DNA of 64,000 nt from Isurus oxyrinchus (taxonomy: Eukaryota): contig JANJGN010000027.1 in NCBI GenBank assembly GCA_026770705.1, positions 34,472,001 to 34,536,000 on the forward strand. Reading direction: 5' to 3'. Both the position numbers and the translations under genes were made by a program. Position 1 is the first letter of the stretch, and every line of letters starts with the position of its first letter. The notes below the pieces were generated by a model. That model did no database searches and was not told the DNA's origin. It worked only from the letters and a program-made list of their open reading frames with translations. Below, one piece after another: positions 11,500 through 25,605 of the stretch.

Positions 11500-13175
11500 G
11501 GTCCTTTTATCAAAATTCGCCAAACTGTCCACGTTTAAAGTTAACTCTGATATCCTGTTTTTTCCTACCAAAGTAGACACATTCACAATTAAGCACTACG
11601 TTATATTGCACCTGCCGTATTTTTGCCCATTCACTCAACTTATCTGAATTGTCATGACATCTTTAACCTCCTCCTGATCGCTTACATTTCCATCATTTCG
11701 TGTCGGCAGCAAAACAGGGAAATATTATATCTGGGTCACTCATTCAAATAATTGGCAATTATTGAGAGTTTTTGGGTCCCAAGCACTAAACCCAGCGGTA
11801 CACCTCTAGTCATCGCTCGCCAGTTGGTAAAATACCTGTTTATTTCTACTCTCCATTTCCTGCCTGCTAACAAATTCTTCATCCTTTCCAATCTATTACC
11901 CCGCAGCTCCAAATTTATTCAATTTTAACCCACAGACCTCTTATAATAGACTGTCAAGAAAACAACAAGCTGTAATATGTGTTTTTTGTTAAAACGCCTA
12001 TAATTCTTTCTGTGTACTGGAATTCAGGTAGTTGGGGATGGAAGTATCAGCATTGAAACAAGAGCTAGAGTTACTGTTGGAGTCTAAAACCAACATTAAG
12101 AACTGTTTTTTATATGTTTGTGAGGCAAGGGGAGCTTCAATCAGGATTTTGCATTAAAAAGTAAACAAAGTAATTTTGAATTAAGCTATTTTACTTCAAA
12201 GGGGAATGTATACAAGCTGGCAAAAGCATTTCAGGAAATAAGTTAAAAATAAAATAGAGTTACGATAAAAAAATGAAGAGCTCAGGAAAAAAATCTTCTA
12301 ATCAGGTATCGGAGGAAAACCCCACGAAAGAAACTAATTGATGTAGTGGAGAGATCAAAGGGAAGGAAGGCATTTAAGGAAGCACTGAAGCCTGTAAGCG
12401 AGAGTAATTGGTCAGAACTCCCAGAAACAGGGGGTAACTGATCAGATATGCCAGAAGACAGGAGGTGGCTGGTCAAATCCCAAAGAAGACAGAGAGTAGC
12501 TAGTCAGCTCTCCCAGAAGTCAGGGGGAAGCTTCTCAGATCTGAAGGAAACTGTGTGAAAAAGGCAAGACTGTAAGAATCATTTGCTCTCAGCGTCGGAT
12601 GACACAACAAGGGAAAATGCCCTGTGTGCTAAAATTATTTGAATACTATAGAGTTTAAATTGTGTAAGCATAGATGCTGAACTAAAATGGGTCGATTAGC
12701 TGCGAGGGAAGTAGAGTTAAGATCTTATGGAACTGTTATAAAGTATTGTTTACAATGTTAAGGAATTTTTAAGTTGAAGTACATTTGTGGTCTTTTCCAA
12801 TATACTTTTAATAAGCTTGTACTTTACAGTAAAGTATTCAAAAGTAGTTTGACATTTATTACAAGTTTCCCTCTAGGATTGGACGCTCAGCATTACCATC
12901 AGCCATGCGAGAACAGTGATTTGTTAAAATGCTTTCTGAACAGCCATATAAATGATATCTAATGGCTCTCCCTTAGCTATTCTGCTACTAACGTCCTCAA
13001 AGAATTGCAGTATGTTTATCAGACACTATTTCCCTTTCATTATCCACGTTGAGTTTGTCGAGTTCAGTTGATATGTTCTAAATATCCTGTTGTCAGATCC
13101 TTGAGAGTAGATTCCATTTATTTCCCTGCTACTGATGTTAGCATAACTGGTCTGCTATTTCCGGATTTCTCCCTT
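11500..13175 (-). mobile_element. Decayed CR1 RT fragment interrupted by an ~1-kb insertion (about 11952-12915)
   Basis: 11500-11950 and 12920-13175 resemble consecutive parts of the antisense CR1 at 2300-2960. Confidence 0.5.
11952..12914. mobile_element. Candidate solo LTR with internal ~30-bp tandem repeats
   Basis: Starts TGTCA and ends ...AGAACA, non-coding, sits inside a CR1; about 5 units like GCTGGTCAGATCTCCCAGAAGACAGGGGGTA at 12408-12555; no clear TSD. Confidence 0.4.
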
Positions 13176-16100
13176 TAAAACATATTTTTGTATTACATTT
13201 TCCATTCTCTAATATGTTCCCAGTTCTTCTTCGAGGTAGTGACATTGCATCTTCTAATTGAAGCATCGGTTACAATCAATCCAAAATACATCTTTTTCAG
13301 TGTCATGCATATCCTGTGAAGAAGTAGAGAGAAGAAAGGAATGAGTCCAATGAGTTTGTAATTCAATAAATGAAACCTGGTGTGCTGTGTGATCAGATGG
13401 AACATCATTCTCCACTAAACACATTGTCAACACAATCTGCCTCACCAGGAACTTGCGTTTGCTGGTCTGCTGTCACCTTTACGAGTAAACAAGTAACAAT
13501 TAATCTCTGACTCAAAAACTGCTGAATGTCCATGTTATAAAAGGGGCAACCGGCTCAACTGATTCTTTTGTCATAGAATCAGAGAATCAAACGCCCTGAA
13601 TGGAACCAATTTGGTCCATTGTGTCTGTGCTGTCATAGAAAGAGCGATTCTATATTTCCCTTTACCTGCTCTTTGTCCATAACTCTGCAAATTCACCCTG
13701 TCAGTATTTACCAAGTTCCGGTTTGAAACTTAAGACTGAATCAGTTTCTGCCATGTTGTAAGGCAATGTATTCATGAATCTAAAAACCCTGCATTAAAAA
13801 GCGCTATCTTTATTTCCCTTTGGGTTCCTTCATAAATTGATGTGAATCTGGTAACTGTTGTCACGACTTATTGCGAATATTTTGCTTTAATTTCGAGCCC
13901 AACTGGTCCCCGAGCCGAACAAGAACGAAATGTTTGACCAAACCAACAGATTGCCCGATTTCTTACTAACAGTTTAATTTAATTAAACTAAGTATGAGCA
14001 CCAGGTTTGTAAGCTTGATTAGTAAATAACTATTTAACTGGCAACATTGCCTTTAACTTGAGAAAAATAAAGATAAAATAACTACGAACTTATAACACTA
14101 TAAATTTAATTCTACCCCCTTCTTTAACCCCTACACACACGCACACACACACGACACATAACAAACTCGAAATATGGATTTTCAGTGCGGGGTAAAGCAG
14201 TTGACTAGCACCAGTACATAGTAAAGGATTCAAACAGCAGGTTTTGATCAATGTTTTCGAATGTCCTTTCAGTTTTTTTGTTTTTGACACGAGGTGGTCT
14301 TTCAACACTTTCAGTCTTCAGTTCACTGTTTGAGAACATGCTTTTCCATGTCTCAAACCTTGGTTTTCTTCTTTGCTGTTTTACAGAGCCTTCCTCAAAC
14401 CGAGAGAAGATTATAGATATATGAGGAAAATAGAATTTAGATGCTTTCTCTTTGGAGATCAGGAGTACTCTGCTGCACTGCTATCGCATACACCCCAGAA
14501 AGCTGATCAGGATCAAATCAAGTCCTTTGGTCTGACACCCAGCTTGGTTCTGGATGACTTTCTGGAATCATCCTGTCCATCATGGCACACGATGTTCCAG
14601 GACTGCACCACTGTATATCTCTCTTATTCTTTTCCAACAATCGTATCTTTCAAACTGCAGCCCTCGCAGTTTTAAATCCAGAGGCCAACAGAAATAGTTA
14701 AAAGTAAAAGAGTGTGTCCCATTTGCAATTGGAGAGAGTATCCCCAATTCCTCTATACCCCACATTAATTTGGACACCTCTATTCTATTCCCCTTTACCT
14801 TTTCTGACTTAATGAGTTGAATGGCTGCTTCCCTAGACTCCCCACTGGAAACGAAATCCCTCATCCCTGACAAAATTTCAGTAAATCTTCTCTGTATTCA
14901 GTCCTAAAAGGAGAATGGAGGCAGGGTGGGAACGCCACCACCTGAAGGTTTCGGTCCATGTCACTCATCATCGTGACTTGGAAAAATTCTGCTGTTCCTT
15001 CATTGCCACTGCTTCAAAATCCTGGAACTCCCTTTCTCACAACACTATGGGTGCACCTACAGCACATGGACTGCTGATGTTCAAGAAGGCAGCTTAGTAG
15101 TATCTTCTCAAGGGCAATTAGAGACGGGAAATAAATTCTGGCCTAGCCAGCGAAAACCACCCCCCACGAATTAACAAAAAAAAATGCATAGATTTTCTAA
15201 GATGTAGAGACCAGATTTACACACATTTCCTCAACTGATGACCGGATGTCTGGAACTTTAACACAACTAGTTGCTTTTGTACCGTCTGCCTTTATTTATA
15301 AACTCATATAAAGTCTGTGTATTTTAGCAAACTTAGAACCTTGCCCTTCCAGATATGAAGAAGTGTGCACATGTAACCACCCTGTTCCTGCAACCCGTTT
15401 AAAATTGTTTGATTTAACTATTCACTGTCCCTTCCCAAATGTATCCCTCACATGTCCCTGAATTAAATTTCTTTTCCCAATGCCTCTCCAGTTCGCCACC
15501 CTGTGAATATCCTCCTGAACCTCACTACTATCCTTCTCACTGTTTAAATTTCCGGATTCCTGTTACCATCAAATAGGAACATATGGCATAGAAGGAGAAG
15601 TAGGCCATTCGCCCTTCGAAACTGCCATGCTACACAAGAAGAAAATGGGTGATATGTTTGTGTTTGGAATTCTCAATTCCAATTTATCCCCAATAAACTT
15701 TTATTCCCATGCCAAACTAGAACCTAACTACCTCTGTCTTAACGTTCTTCTGTGGCACTGCCTCCACCGCCCCCTCAGACAGAGAGTTCAAAAGTCGCAT
15801 ATCCCTCTGAAAGGAAAAAAAGAACAGCTCATCAGCCGTGTCCCAAATGGGGTACTCATAATTTGAAAACTGAACCCTACTTCTTTAAATGATGTTCTTT
15901 ATTTGAATTCCTATTTTAATATATGTGCATCAAAAAGAACCGTGGTCCTAATATCGATACCTGGGGACTATCACTGTCTCCTCCACTCCAGTGTGAATAC
16001 ACATCAGTCACCACGTTTCAGTGCGTCCTATGTTTTAGCCACTGCCCTATCCACTTAATCCACGGGCCAGTTTCTATAACACCTCCATTATATGACAATT

Positions 16101-16786
16101 GAACATGCACTTTTTGAAACTCCAAATCTATAAGTTCAAACGCACTCTCCTCACCAATGCTCTCCATTACATCATCAAAGGATTCCATCACGTCCATCTG
16201 ATATGATTTGCTATTAACATATCTGTGCTGCTGGCCATTAATAAAAACATGGAGTTCCAAATTTCCTAATCATTTCCCCAGGTTATAAATTTTGTTAAAA
16301 GTTTCTCCAGTGTTTCACTGACATTATTCCGACAGCTTTTTAGAAATCCCGTTCATCCATCTCTTCTTTTAGAAATCGGGTGGAACATATACAAACCGAT
16401 AATCCTATGGAACCCATCCAATATCCAAGGAGGATTGACATATTATAATCTAAGACGCCGCTTTTTCCAATACCCCTTTCCTCAGTGACCCTCATACATT
16501 TGCAACAAGCGGCTAAATATTCTACTTTGTTGTGAAATAAATATTGTTGGATTGAAAGGGGTTTACTGATCCTGTTTGTCCCGTGACTGTAATTAACGTC
16601 AGCTTCCATGGATCATTATGTGTCACTGGTGGATTCCCCTCTCCTCTTAATAAGGCTCTCCTATCAATGTGTTATTCCATTCTGTCAGCGGGGGCATCAC
16701 CTCCGAAGCTAAACGGAAAGAGTGTCTGCTTAGAAAGAAAGAAGAGAGATCATAATCTGAGAAAAATCGATTGGAATCCTGCGACA

Positions 16787-16961
16787 ATGGATCAGAATCT
16801 GAGAACAGCAGATTGGAATGTTAGAACAATGGACAGGACTTTATCATTGGGTCTTCATATGCTTTTACTAGATGGGGTAACTTTAGTATGGCGGATCAAC
16901 TACGTGCTTCTGGTTATTCAAGCAGGTTACTATCCCATTCTGGCAATTGTTGGTGTCCTTG
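16787..16961 (+). pseudogene. GPR139/GPR142-like GPCR paralog 1, coding exon 1 (N-terminus and first half of TM1)
   Basis: MDQNLRTADWNVRTMDRT...INYVLLVIQAGYYPILAIVGVL followed by consensus donor G|GTAAGT (phase 1), matching the phase-1 acceptor at 29585. Confidence 0.8.
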
Positions 16962-19029
16962 GTAAGTTTTCCTATCCAGTTGTGAATTTGATTAAACATG
17001 TTTGCGTGTATTACTGCTCTTCGAATTCAAATATTTTAACTGCTGAAGCCATTCTCTTCATTCCAGTCACTAACTTAATTTACTTTCAACCGTCTCCACT
17101 CCACTCGCTAGCTGATATATGAGGTTTTTCACAGGCTCCGTGCTACAAATGACCCTGAGCTGATTTCTGACTCCATATTCTCTCCATCCCCAATCCTGCA
17201 CAATGCCAACAGCTCACCCATCAGTATTTCTGCCTCAGCCCAGTTGCTGCATTAACACTCATCTGTGTTTTTTTCAAATCCAGACTCAAATACTTAAAAA
17301 AAAATCACTGTCACACAGTTCGTGGTACAAACATTCCAAAACTTCAGCTCATCCAAAGCTCCGCTGTCCCTATTCTAACAGGAAACAAAACTCGTTCCTC
17401 CAACATCCCTGTGCTCACTGATCTACATTAGTTCCTGATCTGGCAGATTGTCCCTTTTAATATTCTGAATCTTGTGTTTGAATCACAACATTTACTCCAG
17501 GTATAATTATTATTCTCCAGTCGGCTTTCCATGACTCTGCAAGTTATCCCTGTTTCCCTATTTACTCGATTCTGTGACTGGAAAGTTAGTGGAGGTGTTG
17601 TGGATGATATTCTGGAAGTTGTGTTGTGAGCTGCTGCAAACATTCAGGGCAGACAGATGATCTGGTGATCGAAATCTCCGCCAACTATGGGCACCATAGT
17701 TACAGTGCATTGGTAACATAACCAAAAAGTTGAGCAGAGGCTGCAGAAAAGATATGACCTGTAGAAAGGAAGGAGGACGGGGTATGCCTTATCCACAGCC
17801 GGTTTTCCAAGAAATCTTTTCACCCTACACCTGAACAGAGAGCAGAGTGTGAGGTGACTCTGATTCAACAAGGCGGTGCTCACCTCCTTCAACACGAACT
17901 GTAGCCTCACACAAGTTTCAGGACAGCGCTGTCAGAGGTCGTTAGTGTCAGAGTTTCATTGAGCTTCTATGGATCCTGGGTTTTTCATATAGGAGCGGAT
18001 GACATATCCATAATCCCCCAGTATGCTGCCCATGGATGCATCCTCTTCAATGACAGAGGCCACCTGTGCCGTTTGAGGTGAAGGCATGATTTTCTCCCTC
18101 AGCACCAAAAAGCAGGATGATGGTCTATGTGGCTCAGCTGGGCACACATGTCATTGAGGCTGGTACAGGAACTGTAGGAACTCTCTGTGCAGGATTTTAA
18201 AAAATGATTCCTTTCACAGGCGTGGATGGCACTGGCTAGTTGCTCTTGAGATAGTGGTGCTGAGTGGGCATGACGTAAAGTTGATTTCTGACAATGCTCA
18301 GTAAATCACATTGTTGAATGTACACTAAATTCACAGGAGCCGTGATGCCCTCATTCTCTACTAGCCAACCATTCCCTCTATCTTCTGACCTCCAAGGAGA
18401 TGCAGGGGGTGGCTTCCCGGAAGGTAAGGCTGACCCTTCTATACATGGATAAAAAACTACCCAGTCATTCACCGCCCGCAGTTGCCAACCAAACATGTGA
18501 AAGTAACACATGTATGCAGAGAGCAATGTGCCCCCCAGTAATATTGTGGAGCTGACTATCAGTACACAATGGAGCAGGTTTTCAAGTTCATGCTGTACTC
18601 CTGCAGCCTTCGTATCATCAAAAATATTGAGGACACAGGCATTATCACCATGGATCGAGAGATATCAAAGGAGGATGAGAAGGCAGGTAATCTGTTCACT
18701 GTACTCCTTCGAGCCGGGAAAGCTGTCAGAGAGAGTGTCTAATAAAATCTGGTCCCCATTTGAAAGCTCCGATTTCCAACCATGGACCCCCTTTCTCCAC
18801 AGTATGATCCACCTGTATCGCCCCATCAATGATTCCCCTTTGCCATTATCCTGTATGAAGAAAACAGCAACAAAACAAAACTTTTTTTCATTAACATCTT
18901 TATCCAACAACACATCAACTTATACCAATATAACTGAACTATATGTCCTTTAGTGCCCGTCTTTTGGGTTCTTCAGAGAACCTAGATCTCCGACACAATC
19001 CTTCCCCAATTTCAAATGCACGTGCAAAC

Positions 19030-19900
19030 AATTAGCAGGGGTGGGTCATTCGACCCATCGATCCTGCTCTGCCATTTAAAATATTTATGGATGATCTGGT
19101 AGTGAACCTAAATCTACATCCAACCCATCCCCGATAAACTATCGCCCACGTGCTTCCCACGAAGTTATCCACCTTGAAAATATTCAAGAACACTGTTTGT
19201 ATAAAGAGTACAGGAAAAGAGTTTCAAGGACCAATGACTCCCGGAAAGAGAGAGAAAAATCGCCTTACCACCACATTAAATGGCCATTCCGTTTGTATTT
19301 TAACCATGACGCCTAGATCTAGATTCCCCCACACCAGCACACATCCCCTCCACATCCACCCTGTCAAGACCCCTTTCGGATCTCATGTTTTTCAGTCATG
19401 TCGCCCCTTATGTTTTCAATCTCCCGCTGATACAATAATAGCCTGCCCAACAATTCCTCATAAGCGAAACCGCATGTTCCAGTTGTTGTTATTCTGATGA
19501 AGTTATTATGACCTGCTCCCAAAGCATTTGCATCCAACCTTAAATAATATGGACAATACCATGCACACCACTCCAAAAGTGGCCTCACGAATGCTTTGTA
19601 TATCTGAAGCATAAAGTCACTTTTTTGTATTATCTCCCCTCACAATTATTGATAAGGTTCTATTCACTTTCCTAATTCTCTCTAGACCTGCATCTTAGCC
19701 TTTTCCACTTCATGCACGAAGGCACCGAGACCCAGCTGCATCTTGGAGCTCTGCACTCTCTCGCTATTTGGATAATATGTCAATCTTTTATCCTTCCTTT
19801 CAAAATGGACAATTTCACATTTTTCCATATTATACTCAATTTGCCTGCTCAATTAAGCTTTCTAAATCTTTCCACCCTTCTTTTGTTCTCTCCACAATTA
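19030..19900 (-). mobile_element. Decayed CR1-like LINE 3' fragment in the GPCR intron
   Basis: ORF 19364-19612 MLQIYKAFVRPLLEWCAWYCPYYLRLDANAL matches the CR1 ORF2 C-terminal motif. Confidence 0.7.
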
Positions 19901-20599
19901 CTTTCCTTCCTATTTTATTGCCGTGGGCAAAATTGGTTACCATATAACTATAGGGGACCTCCAGTGCACCTCAGAGGCATATCCTTTAAATGCATAGCCC
20001 CATTACACAAGTCACCAGCGTCTCAAAAGTGCACTCCACTGGTTCCTCATCTTGCTTTGCCTGTGTATCGAACCATCTCAAATTTCTGGAACTAAAATAA
20101 TAACCGGGTTTCCTTGGCTATTCCTCTGTGGACTGGCTGTAATCAGTGGACCCCTGGCTGAGGGAGGCGGTGATGTACTGTCATATTCGCTGCACTCGTG
20201 TGCAAAAGCCCAGGCTAATGTTTTGTGCAGACGGTCAAATCCAATAAAACCATTGTTAAATGCCATAAAATCCATTTCGTCCATGAATGACCTTGATGTA
20301 ATGAAATCTGCCGTTCCTATCTTGCCTGGGGTACATTTGACTCCAGACTAAGAACAATAATGTTGACTCTGTTGAAATTGTCTTAAATTGACAGTTATGA
20401 ATGGACACAGAAAGCATTACCAGTGAAACCCATTGCACGAATTTGGCGGGGGGGAAGCCGGAGTGGGGGGGGGGGGGGGGGGGGGGCGTGGGGGGAAATG
20501 GGGTGGGGGGGGGCGGGGAGAAAAGCTGATCCAGTGCATCTACAACACTGCCATCTACCAGTCAATGTGCAAAATTACCCAGCTATGCTCTGTGCACAG

Positions 20600-21965
20600 A
20601 AAAGCAAGATAAAACCAAACCGACCAATTAGTAGCCAGTATACACCCCATCATCAGATAATTGATGGAAGGAGTCATGAAAAGTGCTCCAACGTGACAGT
20701 ATCTTAACAATAACCTGCTTACTGACGCTCAGTTTGTGATTTGCTAGGGCCACTCAGCTCCTGACCTCATTACAGCCTTAGTTCAAACGTGGATAGATGA
20801 GTTGCGTAACCATGGTGAAGTGAAATTGTCTGCCCTTGATATCATGGCCACTCTTGAGCAAGTGTGGTATTAAAAACATCTAGCAAAACTGCAGGTACTA
20901 GGGAACAGGGGGAAAAACTCCCCGCTGGTTTGAGACATCAGCATCGCAAAGGAGGATTGTTAAGTTTGTTAGGGATCAATCGTCCCATCTCCAGGACATT
21001 ACTGCTGGTCTTCCTCAGTGCCAGGTCGCAAGCTCAACATCTTCAGTTGCTTCACCAATGTTATTTGTTCATCATACGGTCAGAAGCAGGGAGCATGGAT
21101 CAGTATTGCTTAATTTTACGCACCATTTGTGATTCCTCACGTACTGAGGAGGTCCACGTTCAAATTCAGTAAGATTTGGATAATATTCCGGCACTGACAG
21201 CATATGGCAAGAAGCATTCGTAACACACAAAGGCTAAGCAATGGCCATCTCCAACAAGGGAGAACCTAACTATCATTCGTTGACATTCAAAAACATTACC
21301 ATCGCTGAATGCTCCTCTATCAATAGCCTGGGGTTATCATTGACCAGAAACTGAATTGGGATAGTCATATAAGAACTGTTGCGACACGAGCAGGTCAGAG
21401 GCTTTGAAGTCTGTGGAGGACAAAACACCTCCTGTTTACTGAAATTCTGGGCACATTCCAGGAATATGTTGGAATGATCGCCACTCGCCTGGGTGAGTGC
21501 AGCTGCACAAAAAAAAATTAAGAAGCTAGACGCCATTTAGGAAAAAAAAAACAACTTGCTTTATTGTCACTGCACCCGCAAATATTAACTCCCTCCACCA
21601 AAAACACAAAGTGTCAGAAGATTGTACCCTCTGCAAGATTCACTCATGCAACTGTCCAAGTATGCTTAGAGAGCACCTTCCACAACTTTGGCTTCTGCAT
21701 CCTCGAAAGACAAGGGCAGCAGACACATAGGAGGACCACCACCAGAATGTTCTCTTGTAAGCCACTCCCCATCCTGGTTTGGAAATTTATTTCTTTTCCT
21801 TCACTGTTGCTCATTCAAAATCCACCACCCCGCCCACCCCACCAAAAGCACTGTTGGCCAAGGACTGCAACATCTCAACTAGCAAGTTCATAACTGCATT
21901 TCAAGCGCATGAAGTTATGGAGAAAATATGTTGGAGTGGATGCAGATGCCCACATCCTCTGAATG
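20600..21965 (+). mobile_element. Old CR1-group LINE RT/3' fragment (same family as 1270-4235 and 52480-52840)
   Basis: Decayed RT-like sequence (GCCCTTGATATCATGGCC, CCAGGACATTACTGCTGG) shared with 52480-52840. Confidence 0.6.
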
Positions 21966-22479
21966 AATTAAGCAAATCTCCAGCAATGGCATCCACTGGA
22001 ATGTGGTACTGAAGTGACCACTGGGCTGTCCACCAACCACTCAGTTAACGCAATATGCTTGACTTTAGGTAATGAACGCCCCACGGAGGTTTCAGTGGCC
22101 GGCAGGTAGTCCCTACCTTCGGGGATGCATTTCACATTAACAGTTAAGAAAAATTCCTCATCAGAAATTCCCAGCCCTTGAATTGTTTTTCACGCTGAAA
22201 ATGTACATGTCTGGTAGATAAATGATGGTGATTCTGCACAAGGTCCGCCGCTGTCGTGGTCACCTTGAAAAGGCCCAGGGTAAATCACATTTTCACCCCC
22301 CGGCCCAAGTATTTTAATCTTCTAGTGCATTACTCTGAAGGATTCTGAGAACCAACATCCTTCGTCGAATCAGGAACACTTCTACCAGTTCATAAAGTGT
22401 GGGGGAACTACAGGAGCATCACGATACATAAATGGGTCATTTTAGCCCCTCACACCTGCCCTGGCTTAAAATGTGTGGC

Positions 22480-22604
22480 TGATGGTGAGTGTGTGTCCCA
22501 GTGTCTGCACTTGATTTATTCTGTGTTAGTGTGTGGGATTGAATGTATGCCCCTGTATGCTTGTCTGTGCGAATAACTGTGTTTGTGTGTGTTTTGTGTG
22601 TGTG

Positions 22605-22651
<47 letters not shown>

Positions 22652-23783
22652 CTGAGCCAATCCATATTGTATTCTGTGTGGCGCACATGAGCGAATGTGT
22701 GCTTCTGTATTTGTGTGTCTGTTTGAATGACTGTTTGTCTGAGCGTGCATGTGTGTATGTGTGTGTGTGTGTGTACATGATCGCGTATGTTTGAGTGTGT
22801 GCATGCATGTGAGAGCGTGCATGTTTGTGCACCTGTGTCTTTGTGAGTGTGCCTGTATACATGTATGCATGTTTGTGCGAGTCTTTGTGCCTGTGTGTAC
22901 ATGTGTGTGTGTATTTATGTGCGCGCATTTGTATATGTCTGCACGTGTATGTGTGCGCGTGAATGTGCGCACACATGAGTGTGTGTGTGATTGTTTGTGT
23001 CTTTATGTGTGCGTATGTGTATGTGTTGTGTGCTTTTGTGTGAGTGTATCTGTGTATATGTAATTGTGTGTGTGTGCATGTGATGTGTGTCTGTGTAAGT
23101 GTATGTGTGTTTGAGTGTGCATGTGTCTGTCTATGCTCGCACACATCCATGTGTGTTTATGACTGTGGGTGTGTCTGTGTTTCTTTGTATGCATGTCAGT
23201 GCGTTTTTCTATGTGTGCCTGTGCATGTGTGTATATATGTTTGTCTATGCCTGCGTGTGCGTGTGTGTGTGTGTGTGTGTGACCTCCCATGTGCTATTCT
23301 GTGGTGTGTGTTAGTGTGAAAATGCGCTACTCTGTTTGTGTCCTAGTGAATAACGTGTGTGTCCATGTGTGTTTGTGCGTTTGTATGTGTGTGTGCATGT
23401 GTGTGTATATGTGTGTGTGTGTGCCTGTGTGTGTGGGGGGGCTTGTGTGTGTCATTCCATGAGTAAGTTTGAGAGAGAGAAACAGGGATGGAGTTAAAGG
23501 GAGAGAGACAGACAGAGAGAGAGAGAGATGTGTTTGGCAACTTGTTTTTGAATGTCAGTGTGTATGTTGGTATCAGCATCTGTGTGCCCATGTAAGCGAT
23601 ATTCAGAGAGGATGACAGAGTGCTTGAGTGTCTGTGTCTGTCTGTTGTGTGTGCATGTATGCATGCATATCCTGTGTTCCTGCATTGGTGAGAGTGTGCG
23701 TGAATGCACTTCTTTCAGTTTGACTGAGTTTTTGCATGTGTGCGCATGTGTGTCGGTGCATGGCTCAGTGTGTGTGTTCGTGC

Positions 23784-23814
<31 letters not shown>

Positions 23815-24240
23815 TGTGTGTGTGTGTGTGTGAGGGGGGGTGGTTGAAAATGTGCCTGTCCATTTTTGATAGTGCATCTCTGTGTACAAATGGGTTTCTG
23901 GTTGTCTGAATATGAGCTTCTGTACTTGNNNNNNNNNNNNNNNNNNNNNNNNNNNNNNNNNNNNNNNNNNNNNNNNNNNNNNNNNNNNNNNNNNNNNNNN
24001 NNNNNNNNNNNNNNNNNNNNNNNNNNNNNNNNNNNNNNNNNNNNNNNNNNNNNNNNNNNNNNNNNNNNNNNNNNNNNNNNNNNNNNNNNNNNNNNNNNNN
24101 NNNNNNNNNNNNNNNNNNNNNNNNNNNNNNNNNNNNNNNNNNNNNNNNNNNNNNNNNNNNNNNNNNNNNNNNNNNNNNNNNNNNNNTATTTGTCTATGTG
24201 TTCCTGTGTACGCTGTAGTTCTATTCTGTGTGAGAGTTAG
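22480..24240. repeat. Degenerate (TG)n low-complexity tract with gap 23929-24186
   Basis: TG/CA dinucleotide runs; ORFs here are HT/CV repeats. Confidence 0.9.
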
Positions 24241-24269
24241 GGAACACAGGGTTTAGTGTGAGGGATGAA

Positions 24270-25480
24270 GTGAAATAAATCAGTATTACAAAGCAAATGG
24301 TGTTTGGGAAATTGATGGGATTGTTAGCCGTTAAATACACAGGGCGTGATAACATACATCCGAGGCAACTTAAGAGAGTGGCCCTCGACATATTGGATGC
24401 ATTGGAGGTCTTTCACTGAGATTATAAATAGACTCTGGAAATGTTCGTACAGATTACAGGATAGCTAATGTAACCCAACAATTTAAAAATGGAGGTAGAG
24501 AGAAAGCAGAAATTTATAGACCAGTCAGCCTGGCGGCGGTAGTGCATTGATTTCCAGCTGATGACTTGGAAAACATTGGCAGAATTGGACAGAGTCAGCA
24601 TGGATTTACGAAAAGGAAATCATGCTTGACAAACCTACTGGAATTTTTCGAGGATGCAACTACTTTTGTTGATGAGGGGGAAGACAGTGAATGTGGTTTA
24701 TTTCGAATTTCAGAAGGCTTTTGACAAAGTCCACATAAGAGATTAGTGTATAAAATTAAAGCACATTGGATTGGGGGTAGTGTGGTGGGATGGATAGAAA
24801 ACTGGTTGGCAGACAGGAAAAAAAACATTAGGAATATATTGGTCTCTTTGTGAAAAACAGGCATTGACCAGTGGAGCACCGCAGGGTTTGGTGCTGGGAC
24901 CCCTGTTTTTACCATATACATTAATGATTTGGTGAGGGAACTAAATGTAATAGCTCCAAATTTGCAGATGACACAAAACTGGGTAGGAGGGTTAGTTGTG
25001 ACAAGGATGCAGAAATGCGTCAGTTGTGATTTGGGCAAGCTGATTGACTGGGCAAATGCATGGCTGCTGCAGTATAACTTGAATAAATGCCAGGTTGTCC
25101 ACTATAAATTGAGAGTGTGGAATCTGCAACAGGACTGGCTGTCCTCGTACACCAGCTGCTGAAGGTAAACTTGTTGGTGCAGCAGGCGGCAAAGAAGGCA
25201 AATGATATGTTGGCATTCATAGCGAGAGGATTCGAGTAATAGAGGGAGGATGTCTTGCTGCAATTGTACAGGTCCTTGGTGAGACCACACCTGGAAACTT
25301 GTGTGCAGTTTTGGTCTCATAATCTGAGCAAGTGTCTTCTCGCTATATAGGGTGTTTAACGAAGGCTTACCAGGCTGATTCCTGGGATGCTGGCACTGAC
25401 ATATGAGCAGACATTGAGTGGGTTAGCATAGCAATATATACACTGGAGTTCAAAAGAATGAGGGGTGAACTCCTATTTTC
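24270..25480 (+). mobile_element. CR1-like LINE ORF2 fragment
   Basis: QHGFTKRKSCLTNLLEFFE, FQKAFDKVH and LVRPHLE-like motifs with stops and frameshifts. Confidence 0.85.
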
Positions 25481-25499
25481 TTTATTTCAATGTTATTTT

Positions 25500-25569
25500 T
25501 TTGTGTGGGATGGAATGTGTGCTCCTGTTTGTGTATTTGTGAATGATTGTGTTTGTGTGTGTGTGTGTG

Positions 25570-25605
<36 letters not shown>

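Noticed and set aside
12408-12555. ~30-bp repeats as a CRISPR array
   Set aside because: Head-to-tail diverged units without unique spacers, no cas genes, vertebrate context
13193-13340. Strong minus-strand acceptor (TTCTCTCTACTTCTTCACAG) as the missing transmembrane exon
   Set aside because: Phase-1 reading stops after three codons and no hydrophobic segment follows
16583-17122. 179-aa single-exon ORF
   Set aside because: Only 16787-16961 is GPCR-like; the rest is upstream sequence and intron read-through past GTAAGT
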